Below are positions 1 to 13,743 of a stretch of DNA of 64,000 nt, piece after piece. The stretch's first letter is position 1; each line of letters opens with the position of its first letter. The notes beneath the pieces were generated by a model. The model worked only from the letters and a program-made list of their open reading frames with translations. It searched no databases and was not told the DNA's origin. The stretch is from Botryllus schlosseri (Eukaryota): positions 33,420,001 through 33,484,000 of the forward strand of contig CM119372.1 of assembly GCA_051294905.1 (NCBI GenBank). The letters are read 5' to 3'. A program made the position numbers and the translations under genes.

Positions 1-492
1 CTGCGGCTATGTTAATGATGAGTGGGCTCGACAAATTAAAATCCACAGTGGTCGTTTTCAGACTCTACACGTTCTTAAATACGTTTCGAAACACGCATCA
101 GTCTCATTTTTATTTTGCAACGTTGGATCGGATTGTCACAAACACATGTTCATGTTCATCGATTCGCGAGAATAACAAAGAAATCTGAAATTTGCTGACA
201 TCTGAAAATTCATGATCCACAAAAACATGTTTTCACGAGTATGATGAGTTGATCACCGATGATAAGTGGTATTCATTACCGTTATTACTTGACATCCAGT
301 GAAAATTAGTCAGAACGACTACGTTGGGCCTTGAGTGGCCTATCAGTTATTTTCGACTAACTGTCGAAAAGACCATTCTTATTATGTAAGCATTTATAAC
401 CAGGTTAAAAAGCTAATGAAAAAGTCAGTCGTTCTCCGCTACCAACTACTTGAAACATATGAATGGATACGCAGTAGGCCTACACAATATCG

Positions 493-655
493 ACAAGATA
501 GCGTAATGGTGGAGCGTCCGGCTTCTTGATCGGTCGGTCGGGGGTTTGATCCCCGGCCGGGCCAGACCTGAGACCTGATTAGTAACAAAGGTATCTATAA
601 CTTCCCTGCTTGGCGCTCATGCATTACTGGGATAGCATGGAGGGGTGGTGCAAGA
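493..655 (+). mobile_element. tRNA-derived SINE copy
   Basis: A-box-like TAGCGTAATGG (499-509) and B-box-like GGTTTGATCCC (543-553). These are followed by a central domain containing CTTCCCTGCTTGGCGCTCATGCATTA, which resembles conserved metazoan SINE core domains. No complete tRNA cloverleaf. Confidence 0.6.
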
Positions 656-3057
656 CTTAGAAAGCCGTTAAAGGCTATATTTGCACCTTCCTTGTCCAGC
701 GGCATATGCACATCATGCACTCATGGTATGCATATATGCACAGATCGTGTGTATGTGTATCATGAGTCGGTGCGTATGCCGCAAAAACATCAAGGACAAA
801 ATAAACTACGTCCTTTCCTTTCCATATACAATATGACTTCATAGTGAGGGATTTATAAGGCATTTATCACTAGATATTTGATAAGCTTACCTAAAACACC
901 TGCCGTAAAATAACTAGACTTCGCTTCCCTCGCATCATACTGTGTTACCCTCAAAGGTGTCCCCGAAACTTGCGTAAATTGTCACGACTACCGTAAAATC
1001 TCGCTCTTGATGTACATTACTGCCTTCAAGCAGGAAACTATAATTAGGAGAAAATTACTCAGACAGACATCGTTAATTTAAATTTGACCACCCAGTATGA
1101 ATTCAGAACGTCGACGGCTCTGGGCCTGAAAGGTGTTGCGATTAAGTAATCTTAGGCAAGAATATGCCTGTTAACACTAGATTTCCGGTGATCAAGCATT
1201 TATTAATATTATTGATGAGAAGGGGAGTGACGCTTTACGCCTTTAAGGCCAAGTACGTCACGGACTAGAATGTGCGGGTGGTATACCAAATATGTAGGCA
1301 AGAACCCATTTACAAATACATCAAGCGTCCAACTGCTGTTTCGGGAAAGTTTTCGCAGCATCCGGGGCGTCGGAGAGTGGGAGCTCAAGTGCGGTCAAAA
1401 CTTATTTCGTGAATCAACATAAAGTACGGTAGTTTTTGCAAGTTTACTCAACTACAATTTTTTTTAGGTTACTTGATTCCAAATTGGGCTCCCCAAAACC
1501 ATAACTATAAACATTAGGAGTAGGAAATATAGCCAAAATTTTCAGAAAATTATGAATGACGCGATTTCGAGTCATTTCAGTTTGGTATTCTCATCAATAA
1601 CATCCACTGCACGGTGGGAAGCAGTCGAACCGGTTTGAATTGTCTATTAATCACAAATCCAGGGTTGTAACCAAGTCACACGGTTCCGAGTCACAAGTCA
1701 ATCTCACTTTTAAAGTTTTGACTCGAGTCAAGTCGAGTCATTTTCAATTCACCACCGAGTAAATTCTCGTGGGACCGTAATCTGCCTGGTGCAAATATTA
1801 ACTGTAGGCTAATGATACATAGCAACAAAATGCCTTTTCAAAAAGTATCATCATACTATTTATGTATAAATGGGGCGGACTTTTATTATTTTAAAGCGAA
1901 TTCTGTAGCTGCATTTCTTGAAATACGGAATCGTGTCTTGAAAATTGGCATCTGCGATTTAATATGAACGAGAGCCGTAAATCCATTTTCGCCCACTTAG
2001 ACGGTGGCGAATGTAATAAAAACGCGTAACGCTCGAGACGCCACCCTTTGGTATGATTGCAACATACAGGTACCAAATTTTTTTTTAATGAACGTATGAC
2101 GCCCAGCCTAGTCATTTATATCTAGCAGCTCATCTTGAGGTTACTCTGGAATGGTGGTTTTGTATGTTACAGGGGAAAATGGAGTTTTTCAAACATTTCG
2201 AAGTCAACCCGTTTGACCTTACTAGTCCATATTTTTTTAATTATTTTTCCACAAACCCCAACAGAACATCTCGACACAGCAATATGTTTGTATCAGTTGG
2301 CTATTGGCAATTTGGCAGTTCAAATTAGTTTGAACAGTGGGATATTTCACCTTAGACGACCATTCTGTTGATGTCACTCCTAAAGTTTTAGCATTTATGA
2401 AGATAAATTGCCTCGTGATTTTCCTAACTTAAAGAAATACAAATTAGGTTTTCAACCCTTTTGTAATTTTAAAGTTTTCGCGGACCCCTGAAAATTCTTC
2501 GCGGACCCCCGGTTGAGAACGTCTGATCTACTGCGACGCCATTTTTCTTCAGCGCCCCCGTACCGCCGCCGAGCTCATCTTCCCCATATAGCCTCTTGAG
2601 CGTTTCCGCCCGGGGGCGCTGGAGCCCAGGTCAAAAACCACTGTTTTAGCCTGTTATTGAATATGTATTACTCATCCGATCAATCTAATTTATCGGATAG
2701 TCAAGTTTGAACTGGTATGGTGAACAAGATCATAATAATATGATATTCCTTATTCACAGTAAAACTGGTAAATACACACATAATCCGGGGAGCAACCTGT
2801 CCCTAAAGGACAATGGCAAGATTGTTATTTCTATGCAATGCATGAAAAGGACAGATTACAGAATTGGCAAGGATTGCAGAGCAGAGCATAGGTAGAGATG
2901 ATTGAAAATGAAGGATATTATGCACAACAGCTGTGCTTTTAGCCTGTTTAAGGCTTTGTGCTCCACTATATTACAATGTTTTGTACAGTACAATGAATGC
3001 ATGTCTTCATTTTCTTCCCCTCTCTCACTCTTTCACGCGCGCTTTATCGTTTCTTTT

Positions 3058-3232
3058 GCTCGGCTCACGGTGATTAGGCGGCTTCTAAGTCACTGCGACT
3101 GCAGGGAGGTCGGCGATGAGGAGCCCATCTAACCTCCGACACGTAGAAGTTGATCCGAACCGGGATTCGAACCGGGGCCATCGGTGCCGTGATACTGGCG
3201 GATAACCAACTCGCCACTCGCCACCACTTCCC
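3058..3232 (-). mobile_element. tRNA-derived SINE copy (second family)
   Basis: Minus-strand A-box TGGCGAGTTGG (3206-3216) and B-box GGTTCGAATCCC (3162-3173). The body GTCGGAGGTTAGATGGGCTCCTC is shared with the copy at ~40970-41085. Confidence 0.6.
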
Positions 3233-3276
3233 AAAGATTGAAGCAGCTACGAACCATAAACTTCACATATAATAGA

Positions 3277-3327
3277 AACAGCAACGACAGCAACAACAAC
3301 AACAACAACAACAACAACAGCAACAGC

Positions 3328-3363
<36 letters not shown>

Positions 3364-3397
3364 AACAACAGCAGCAGCAGCAGCAACAGCAACAACA
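3277..3397. repeat. (AAC)n/(AGC)n trinucleotide microsatellite
   Basis: Direct run of AAC/AGC units; it explains the poly-N, poly-L and poly-V ORFs in the track. Confidence 0.97.
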
Positions 3398-5014
3398 CAA
3401 ACAAGGACATAGCTATATGTATAAAAATCAAATTTGATCAAACGCATCAGAAAAATTCCCAAGATTTGATAAGATGGCTATTATCAATTATCAATTTTTC
3501 AAAATTATGGATAAAAGATGGGCAATGCCGATTCTTAAAACAGGATGGAAATTTTATTCTATGGGCAGCGGACATAGATTTGCTGATGCTTCCTTTGGTT
3601 TTATTTCAGGACACACAATGGTAACAGCATCATAACCATACAACTTTTAAATATCCAATGGTTTAATATGTTTGCGTTTAAAATATGCCTTCTTCAAGTT
3701 CTTTTATGAAGGCATCATTAACATAATGTGCTGTTGCAGCAAAAATTTTATTATTTCTGATTCTTTATTTTGAAGCTCATAATTTGATACGTTTTGTCTA
3801 TAATTAAGAAGTTCGGTTTAAATGGCGTCTGAAATTGCAGCAACAAGTTCTTTATATGATACTGTTCAGTCGATACTTTTTTGAAAGAAATGCATGTATC
3901 GTCAACTTGCTTTCTACAACTCATTATGAAGGAGTTGTGACGGAAGGTATGAGCTATACCTAACTGCAGATATCGAGGGTAAATCTACCAATCATCAGCA
4001 CGAATCAGTTTTTCCAAGTATACAGCACTAAAATTAATACATAGGGCAAGTTTTTGTTGCACTAAAATTGTGATAAAATTGCATTGATTTTAACAAATGT
4101 TGCGGTAAAAAGTTGCATCTATGCGTGAGATTTTTATTATTATTAGGGCATGTTTTACTCGGAAGGTTCAGGCGTAATTTCCAACAGCCTCATTGATTGA
4201 GCCTGGTTGCCTTATTCCAACTTTATATTTTTCCACGAACCCCAACAAAAATTCTCTAAACAGCAATATGTTTGTATCAGTAGTCTATTAAAAATTTAGC
4301 AATTAAAATGAATTTGTACAGTAGAATATTTCATATGTCATCATTACGTAAGTCATGACGTTTTAGCAGAAATTAAGCGAAACTGACCCGTAATTTCGCT
4401 AACATAAATATGTAATAAAACTAAGTTATCAACAATGTTGGAAATGTAGAGGTTTCGAGGACCCCGGTTAGTACCCATTGGGTTGGAGTCATAATCCGGT
4501 TTATGTAATACCGTTATGATTTTGCTGTAGGCTACTCTTTTGTCAGTCTTATTGAGTGGCCAATTGGGAGAGATGCATATCTGTCACCGTTATGTATCAA
4601 TCCACATTTCAAACCCTTTTTGAACTTTCAATGAATGAGCGCCACTCTTGAGGTCTATATCAGGGCATCCAATCTTTTTTTTGACTCATTGCCCCCATAT
4701 CAATCACGACGCCGCCACATTTAAGGATCCGAAAAGAGGACATATAATCAGGAAATTTATTCAACTAATTATGATCGCTGGTAAATTTACTAAACAGGTG
4801 GTAGGTGCTCGGAAAACCGGACGTTTTTATCGCGTCATATGCAGAATAGACCGTCTTCGCGTGCGTTTTGTGAACGTGTTAATTAGAAATAAGTCACTGG
4901 ACGTTCCATTATTTGCGCCTATTGTCGCCCACTGGCGCCCACTTGGGCATTTTCGTCCTCTTGTTTCTCTAGTCGTCCACTGGGGGCAATATCGTTGATG
5001 TTGGGAACCCCTGA

Positions 5015-5622
5015 TCTATATTGTGGCACTCCCATTATCAGCAGAAGCCCTTCTTTGCAGTAAACAAGTTCATCTTGTTCACTAAAATACAGGAGTAATT
5101 CCTTCTCTCATGTAGGTCAACGGTAGAATGTCATTGAAGTTCCTGTTCCAACGCAGTTTTTATATTCGAGTTGAGATGCCAAAATATATGCTACCTTCTT
5201 GGATACGTTAAGATCCCTGATAAGATCGCTTAGCTCCTCCTGCTTGAATGGCTTTGGAAGTAATGGACTGCTTTCGAACATACTTCCACTGCTGTCACTT
5301 GCAGAGCTTTCAACCTTTTCATAAAGCTCATCATATTCCAAAGATGCGTCAGGTAAATCACTAAATTCAGGCACAGACACTTTCTCAGAGTGAATTGCAG
5401 GTCGCCGAGAGGATTCTAAATCTTCCTGATTCCAAGTAATCTTCTTACGACGATTAAATAAAATAAAGTAAATAAAAAATAAATAACAAATATCGATGTC
5501 TCAAAAACTAGTGCCAATTCAAAAAGAAACTGATGTCATTATCGGACTGAGCAGCCCCAAAATACCAAGACCCCCCATTATAGTATATTTACCACTAAAA
5601 ATAGTTTTTCGGTTGGCCAGTG
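5015..5622 (-). mobile_element. Chapaev3-like (CMC) DNA transposon remnant with transposase fragment
   Basis: ORF 5117-5380 (FKQEELSDLIRDLNVSKKVAYILASQLEYKN...TFYR) continues through stops into EKELLLYFSEQDELVYC. This resembles the N-terminal half of Chapaev3-type transposases. Terminus-like ...GGTTGGCCAGTG at 5622. Confidence 0.55.
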
Positions 5623-6828
5623 TTTTCCACTCGATATACTTTTGTCCCGGTGTAAATGTTATGATTATATTTCGATCGAAGAAATATTTGAGTAATAATG
5701 TCGAATGAGTGGTCAATCTGCATAAATACCCTCTAGTACTAGAGTCGTTGTGCCCAGCCTTAAGGTTCACCCTAGCTTACCTCTGTTCGATTTTATGCAC
5801 TTTACAGCGGTTATTTTATAATCGAATTCCCTCCCATGGGTCGTCATATGCCAGAGGTGGGCAAACTACGGCCCGCGGGCCGCATGCGGCCCGCAACAAC
5901 AGTTTGTGCGGCCCGCGAAGGCATCGAAAAACGTGATACAAATATTGATAAAAATTTGCAGATAAAAAATCAAATTACTGGAGCGAATCGATTAAACTTT
6001 TTCTAAATATAATATCAAATCAACATTTAAATTATTTTAATATACATATGTATCTCTAAGTCTTCGGTTGCTTACATCAGGGATTCTGAAAGTATGGGCC
6101 GCGAAGGGTATAATTTTTGGTTGTGATGGCATTAGAGCGATTCCTAAAGTATGTAATATTTGTTGAGTTTCAACAAAAATTCTTCGCGGGTCGCGAAATT
6201 TCCTGTGGATCGTTTGTTGTTGCTGTTTATTTAACATAAAGATTTGACATTTGTCGCCTGACGGCCTTTTGCACCACGGTCAAGAACATTGTAAACGAAA
6301 AGAGAAGGTCGTATAAACAGTGTATCGTTTGTGAATTTCCGAGGACACTGTCTTGGGTACTATCGGTCAATAAGCGAGACACGTGGAAGAGTCATTGCAA
6401 CAACTTGGTTGGATCATAAAAAATGTGCCGACCTTTATAATACATAAATTGGTTTCAATTCACATCAGGATTTATTGTCCGGACAGTGTTTTACCTGAAA
6501 AATACTGTCGTTAGGATGCTTTAGTGTAGGGGTGTGCCTGTGCAACGATCTAGTGCGAGACTATGAGAGAGATGACTTACGAGGCCAGCCCCTTGCGCGC
6601 CAGGTCTCATGAAGACATTAAGTTTTGGGCAACATATCAACGGGTACAGTGCGGTGCCAAAAATATTAGCGGTGATAAAGCCTTGGCCAAAAATGACCGT
6701 CGCTGACTGGCTAAAACCATCGATATTGATATGTCCGGTCATCGAAATGGTCGGTACTAAATAGTATGAGTAGACCATACCTGGGCAAAGTGCGACCCGC
6801 GACACGATTAGTTAACTGGAGTCAGGGG

Positions 6829-7028
6829 CAATGCTCCCTCTAAGCTGCGCGCGTGCGCAATTGCGCAGTGCTGACACGGTCTCTGCGCACGGAAAATCTA
6901 AGCTGCACACAAAAAATCCGAAAAGATGACCATTTTTATTTAGTCGTTACTCACAAAATTGTGTCCAAGGGACCGCGCAGTGAGTTGGTGAGTGCGCGCA
7001 GACTCGTGGAACATTAGAGGGAACATTG
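6829..7028. mobile_element. hAT-type MITE (related copy at 47731-47904)
   Basis: TIR CAATGCTCCCTCTAA / TTAGAGGGAACATTG; 8-bp TSD GTCAGGGG at 6821-6828 and 7029-7036. Confidence 0.9.
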
Positions 7029-8708
7029 GTCAGGGGTAGATCCGTCCTTTTAGTTTGTCGCGAGCACGTCGTCGTGGAGTATAATTTAAGTCGGCATTAT
7101 GGGGAAAACACACGAAGACAGAGACTCGGCTACGGGAGGGCGAAATTCGGAAGCACTGCTATAGTTTCGATAGCAGCAAAGGCTATTTAACCAAGCTATA
7201 CACTGCTCGGGTAGCAGCGATGAAGACTAAATACATTTTAATGCCTTAATAAGGAACGTGTCTGTAGGTTAAAAAAGAGTTTAAAATGTTTCATATCTAC
7301 CATTGCTTTCAATTATGACGGCAAATAAATATTATTCTTGTTCATTAACCGTTACTTTGTCGTTGCCTAATATACATCCACTGAGCACCGTGTATTTCAA
7401 TTTAGAAATAGAATTATTACGCCGCAGAATATAGTTAAAAATTTTGATTCAGCCCGCCAATGTATTTTTTGCTGTCATTTGGCCCGCTGGGAACAATAAT
7501 TGCCCACCCCTGGAGTAGGCAGTAGTACAAATGTGACGCGTATGGTGAAATATTACACTCTAATTTGAAAGCGCGTCGAGTCAGATATGTTCCATGGAGC
7601 TTCATTGCGTACAACTGCTGTCTGCGCGTTCTCCATATCGTATACATGACGGTAAAATGTAGCATAGTTATATTTAAAATGTATAAGATTGACGCTTGAG
7701 GCGTGCGTCGCGAGATGCCACTAAAACTATGATATGCGTCGCAGTCAAAATATTTTAAGAACCACTGCTTTATATAATCGAATAAAAGCTTGCGTTTTGG
7801 TTAATAAATACGATTTTACCATAGTGCGACCCGCGAATGTAATCAGATGTTGAATGTGGCCCGCGAGCTGAAAAGTTTGCCCACCCCTGTCATGCCATTC
7901 TAGAAGCACTTTGCGCAGCGCATGCATACTTTCCATGATAGCCAAGAAATTAAATTGGATGCGGACAAAATTTATAAACGCCTACTCCATATAAAACTAT
8001 TTACCTACTTTATACCGATCTGAACCCGACAATTTAACTATAGAAACACATAATTAATCAGACAATATTTAATTTCAACATTAACCGCATAGCAGTAATG
8101 ACCACGCGAACGCTCAATTGGTGGCGATCGTCGGAACATGCAACCCATCGTTGCGAATGCATTATCTGTGGTCTCATGAAAATTGTGTGAAAATTGATGA
8201 AAATTGCAAAGGCTGAAACAAATTCCCAGGTCATAAAATTTGTCGTGATATGCGGTTGTTTAATCTTGTTGCAGGACAAAACAATATTTCGAACTACGTA
8301 CAACTTGATCTTAGCGACTGTGGGCTTGAAATCGTACATAAGAGCATGACTTCCGGAAAAAGTATTTTTGAATGGCTGGTATTTAACGGGATACCAGGTG
8401 TCCTGACAATCGAAGATGATTTGGTTCAATTTGAGCTGGCCCACAAGTTATCAATTGATGTGAAAGGTGCTTGTTTACAACTGCGTTGGAAATGCGAATC
8501 GCTCCACCCGCTGACTGCATTTTTATGTTAAGTCTCTTTTTATCACAATTTAAATTGTGGATTTCTAGTGCTCGAAGAAATACGTGTCTCGAATCCTCGA
8601 TTTTGATCCTAGAACACGACCAATCGAGGTTTCAAGGCCCCCACAGTGTAAATAGTAACAAAGGTATAATTCTGGTGGAAAAAATACCTCTAACTATAGT
8701 GTCATGAC

Positions 8709-8987
8709 CAGAGATGGCCACAGTCCGGTTCAGGAGCCGGAGCCGGAGCAGGATTTCATTGATTTTTCACCTGGCCGGACTGGATCCGGATTTTGAATTT
8801 GCGGTGTCGGTCGGATTTTAGCCGGATTTTTTGCTGCAATTTGAATAATTAGCATTGTTCTGGCAGGATTTTTTCGGATTCCGAACTGGACCTTCACCAG
8901 CCGGATTTTTTCGGACTCTGAATTTCCAATTGCCAGCCGGATCCGGATAGATTCGGATCCCGAAATTTTGGAATCCGCCCATCTCTG
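8709..8987. mobile_element. hAT-type MITE rich in CCGGA motifs
   Basis: TIR CAGAGATGG / CCATCTCTG; TSD GTCATGAC at 8701-8708 and 8988-8995. Confidence 0.92.
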
Positions 8988-9429
8988 GTCATGACTCGAA
9001 AAGATCATCTCTCACCAATCCACTCGAACCACAATGTTTCTTGATGAATGAGATGCACGCGCCTGTGCTTGTTTTGGAAACTTCAACGGTGGCGTCTAAG
9101 TCAGGCCAGCAAAGTAGGCCCCTACACATTTTAGAAGTATGCACTCAGTGCAATCAAATATCCCCATAAACCACTGATTTGAAACCACGAAGCTGGAAAT
9201 GGACGGATGCTAGTTTACACTTACATCTAAAATCCTAATCACTCTTTCTGATGGATTCATGTTTACGTTTAGTCACATTTGTTAATGTTGAGTGGTAAAT
9301 TTTGATTGCACAACAAATACATGCCACAGAACAACACTTTCTTGCTTTGGAAGTCCAACTTTCCATTGCTATTACGAAGTTTACAAATATTTTCTGTGGT
9401 CAATAATAATCCACAATTATGGTAATGAC

Positions 9430-10262
9430 TAGGGCGATTTTTTTTTACCTAAAAAACGGAAGATTGTGACGTAAAAAATCAAAATTTTGCCATTTCTTTG
9501 ACCTTAAAAATCCTAATTGTGACCAAATCTGATCTAAAGTATGCAAATTAGGTGTTTTCCCGCATAATGTTAGAATAGTACTTCTTATCTTCATTTCTTG
9601 TTGGAACTGACTTTCGTTACGAAGAAGTTGGGCCTGAAAAACAACCATTTTGCCTCAAAACCTAATAAAGTTTTACATGAAAAAAACTTTATTTTAACGA
9701 AATCTGGCCCTGAAGAATTCCAGTAGTTACATTACGCATTATTGTAGAAATAAGTGGAATTTTTGTATTACAACGAAAGTTACTTTCCTACATTTTCGGG
9801 TAGAAAGTGTCTGTCCTTACTAAGTACGTTGCCAAGAATGGGGGAAGAACGTTCAACCGCAGCAGTTGTTGGCTGACAAAGCGTGTTGCTTCATTCTGGC
9901 AATGGTGTGTACATCACAATTTTTCATCAAGCGCTTCTTAATATAAGAATCCTGCAATGCCCACGCAGTCTGGCTTCAGTTGGGATATTGCCGTACGTTG
10001 AGCATAACACCATGTCAACCTATTTGTTTCATTTGAATGTTTGTGATTCATAATGAGTAGACAATGGCCGTCTACAACGGTAGGTCTATAAAGTAGGCTA
10101 AGAAGCTGTAAAATGCCAAATGATAAGTTCACCGCAGTGCAAAATCTACGATACAAGCGAAATGCAGGTTTCAAAAAATTTTTAACTTTGTAAAATATTT
10201 TGATATTTTTTGACCTAACGATACAATTTTGACTTTTTTGACATGTCAAAAAAATCGTTCTA
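9430..10262. mobile_element. Non-autonomous hAT (hATm-like TAGGG terminus) element
   Basis: Imperfect TIR TAGGGCGATTTTTTT / AAAAAAATCGTTCTA; TSD GTAATGAC at 9422-9429 and 10263-10270. Confidence 0.85.
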
Positions 10263-11361
10263 GTAATGACAATTGATGTCCCGAATAGACAGGGTTTAGT
10301 ATCATGCAATATGACACCATAATTCCAACTTCTTGTCGTCGCTTCAACGACTATGGCCCTTTTCATACCGGGGTTCCGGGAATAACATTTCCCGAAAATG
10401 TTTACGGGAACCCCTCTATATGAACATAACACTGGTTTTACGGGGCAGTATGAACGCGCTCATTTTCGGAGATTTTTACGGGACCGATTGAGTATGAACA
10501 CGAATGGCGCAGGTGGGTTTCCGGAACGCTGTCAATCAAACCTTTAGTTACAGTAACGCGCTGTTCATTCAGGCTGCGTGTATTTCGAGGTCAGCTACCT
10601 CCAGAATTTTGATCTTCTTGGGTAATGGCGTTTGGGCTGAATTATTCTTGGATTTATATTATGTATACTCACAATACGTAGTCTGCTTCTTTTTTTCTGT
10701 TGTTTTGTAAACATGGCATGGCTAAAAAGGTGGAACACAATCTCCAAATGATGCAGTTACCAATTGGGTGAGTTGCCTGAAAACTTTATGACTTCAACAC
10801 TCATTTCGTTGCTGATCTTAACCCTTGCCAAGTTTGTTACATCAGAGGCAAGTTTCTAACCATGGATATGTTGTGCGTAGGTTAGTCACCATCATATCGC
10901 CTGTAGACTGAAAAGGGGATTTGGTAACATCTGCTTTGATAGTGGCAGAACAGCAGAGAATGATGTCCTTAGCTCTGAATCACTAACCAAAATTGAAATT
11001 GTACGAACGAACTGGTAAGCCATCACACGTCATCCAAGCCATACTTGGGTTATTACCACTGCCTCCATTCTCTTGTTTTAGTATAGTTACAGCCATGTCA
11101 TTACTTTGCCATGCGATGTTAGGCAAGTGTAACTTATATCTGATCTTTTTGCAGATCTAGATGGAGGATACTGATGAAAAAGATGGAACTGTGCATTAAG
11201 TTACAATTTCTCTGATGAATAAAATGAAACAGCACAAACGCATCTGATTAAGCAAGAGCATTGTTTATTGAGAAAGTCACACAGGAAATTTCCGACATCT
11301 GGGCTTGCGATACTTGGATCACCACCAGGTCTTCATTGCGCATACCAACCATCCTCTGTAT

Positions 11362-13743
11362 CATTCTGGCCTTAGCGGGTTGCAGTTTCTGAGCAAAGCC
11401 GACCACCGCGCCTTCAGTCGACCAACATCTTTCCAAAATCTTTCAACCTTCATGTGTTCTTCGCTAAGTTTCTGAAAAATCAATTATGAATTTGAAGGGC
11501 AGCATAAAGGAAATTTATATTACATATTGGAAATTGTCTTAAGCTTATGCCCTGAAATTAGCTCTAGCTTATGCTCTGTTTGTGTCTCAGAGAAAAGGCT
11601 TCATGAGTCAGGGCTGAAACGGATAGGCTGCGTCATCAGTTATGTAGGCTAGTACGGAACACTCTGGCTCCCAACCATGAAGTCATTCTGAAAAAACTTA
11701 ATGCAGCAAATGCATGTTTGGTACAAATGTTGCTGTAGTAATTTTTTATCCACCCACTACACCCGGACTTGTACAAAGTACTGTAATTCCACAATGCGCA
11801 ACTTCAACTAGAACTACTCGATTTTTAAAACTAGCAATTAGAACTACCAACTCTTCTAAACCTACAATTAGAATTTCAGTCTTAATGATGAAGTGAGCAG
11901 GGTTGTAACCAAGTCACAAGTCGATCTCACTTTTATAGTTTTGACTCGAGTCAAGTAGAGTCATTTTCAATTCGCCATCGAGTATAAGTCATTGAGCAGA
12001 GTATCGAGTCGAAGTCATTGTGTTGACTGCTCAGTTTCCAGTTAAAGTCTTATTAAACCCACTTGTTATAACTCTGAGTGGTGATATCGAATGGTTCACA
12101 TATCGCATTTATAATATACTGATTTTTCTTACTTTTAGCAGTTTTTGGTCGCATTTTCAAGTACCAGCACCAATATATGAAATCCCAATAGTGTGGTTAC
12201 TGTACTATTCTTCGAAATTATAGTGAAATGTTGGTCTTGGTCATCTGAGTCTCGAGTTATATGACTTGGTTCGAGTCATGCGTATTGCACAATGACTCGA
12301 GTCCAAGTCAAGTCAATACACTGATTGACGCGATTCGAGTCACTACCGTATTTTGAGGAAATGACTCGAGTCATCCGAAAATTGTGACTCGAGTCATTAC
12401 AACCCTGGAAGTGAGGTCTTAAAATCGGGACTGATTCAGCTCTTCAAGTCCATATAAAATTCTCACACTTTTTCAATCTATAAATAAGACCAAGAAGCGC
12501 AAGAAGACAGATTGTGCTTATCAAGACCGTATTTTATTGCAGAACTTTTTTTGTCTTGATTTCAAGGCAAATTTTGGTAACGAAGAAACAATATAATCTG
12601 TGGTCTTAAAAATGAGACCGAATAGTTCTCACGAGACATGAACACAAGACACAACCAGCTGATTGAGACAATTTTTGATGCTTACGTTTTTCAACTCTCA
12701 TATTAAAGACGAATTGAGCCTCGTCTTAAAAAATGAGGCGGGTAAGTCATCATGAGCCAGGAGCACAAGAGATAACCAACTTGTTGAGACAAATTGATTT
12801 TTTTTTCTTTTCCCGGACCTGGACCAGGCTCATACACTTTCGGTCCCAAAACCCATTTTCCCTGAATGTTAGCAATGGTTTGTGGTCTGAAAGTGATGAG
12901 CCCTCCAGGTCCATGGATTAAATCTGCCGGAATCGGAAGTACTACTGACAAAGGCTGGACATGGACATTAGGTGGTACCAGGTTGTTGGTTGCATACCAC
13001 CCTTCAACTTGATCAAATGTATGGGGTATTTGCACCACAACCAGAATTCAAAGTACCTTATTACTTTGACTGATACACACATACATTGATGGGCTATCCG
13101 CTACCGACTTGAACACCACAAATGCTAGTATTGACTCGGACAGCCGTATATATTGTTCTTGAGTTTTGAGTAATGAGTGGTAAGTGGCATGTACCTTGAT
13201 GGTAGTGAATGAATTGTTAACTCATTATCACGTTAATATCCCAACACTGCGAACTCGGGTCTCTCACGCTCTCCTTTCACTAATACCTTAATGCTGAACA
13301 GATTGCCACCACAGCACTGCTAGGCCGACTATTTTTCATCAATTTGGGTATTACTTTTGAGACAAAAAAGTAGTCTACTTGGTAAGACCAATTGGTCTTT
13401 CAGACTTCCTTTTCTAACATAATGATTCAAGACCAAATTTGTGTGATGTAGTGGTATGCTATGCTATGCAAAAACTGGCTTCATACTGACATTCCACCAT
13501 GACAAATATAGAAATATTACTAGGCACCAGCAATAATTTCTATTAAAATCAACTTGTGCCAGTTGCCATCTTAAAAATACATCTAAAGTTTACCTGGATC
13601 TATGAACGATTGGCTCCATTGGCTAGCCTCCAAAGAGCAACAGCTACTCAGCAATCAGGAGAAATTGAGTTCGTATAATTTGCTGGCTGCTTTTCGCTAT
13701 GGTCTCGAAGCTCGTTGCAGAGTATACCAAACGTTTCTCTCAC
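11362..13743 (-). pseudogene. Harbinger (DDE_Tnp_4-type) transposase pseudogene fragments
   Basis: 13600-13743 translates RETFGILCNELRDHSEKQPANYTNSISPDC*VAVALWRLANGA, the N-terminal HTH motif of Harbinger transposases. 11362-11471 translates KLSEEHMKVERFWKDVGRLKARWSALL, matching the C-terminal VER..G.LK.RW motif, and is preceded by an acceptor-like TTTTTCAG. Confidence 0.75.
11898..12407. mobile_element. hAT-type MITE (GACTCGAGTC-rich) nested in the Harbinger element
   Basis: TIR CAGGGTTGTAA / TTACAACCCTG; TSD GAAGTGAG at 11890-11897 and 12408-12415. A 5' fragment of the same family is at ~1660-1760. Confidence 0.92.

Noticed and set aside
2690..2920. Possible RTE-type LINE 3' remnant
   Set aside because: Only faint motif similarity (LNWYG, ELARIAE); not enough to call.
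3150..3225. Functional tRNA gene
   Set aside because: A/B boxes are present but there is no proper acceptor stem, and it continues into a repeated SINE body.
3129..3624. Poly-L, poly-N and poly-V ORFs
   Set aside because: These are translations of the (AAC)n microsatellite.
12703..13038. 111-aa ORF with a neighbouring-frame SDHKPLL motif (RNase H or endonuclease-like)
   Set aside because: A single short motif inside a decayed Harbinger element, with no supporting context.
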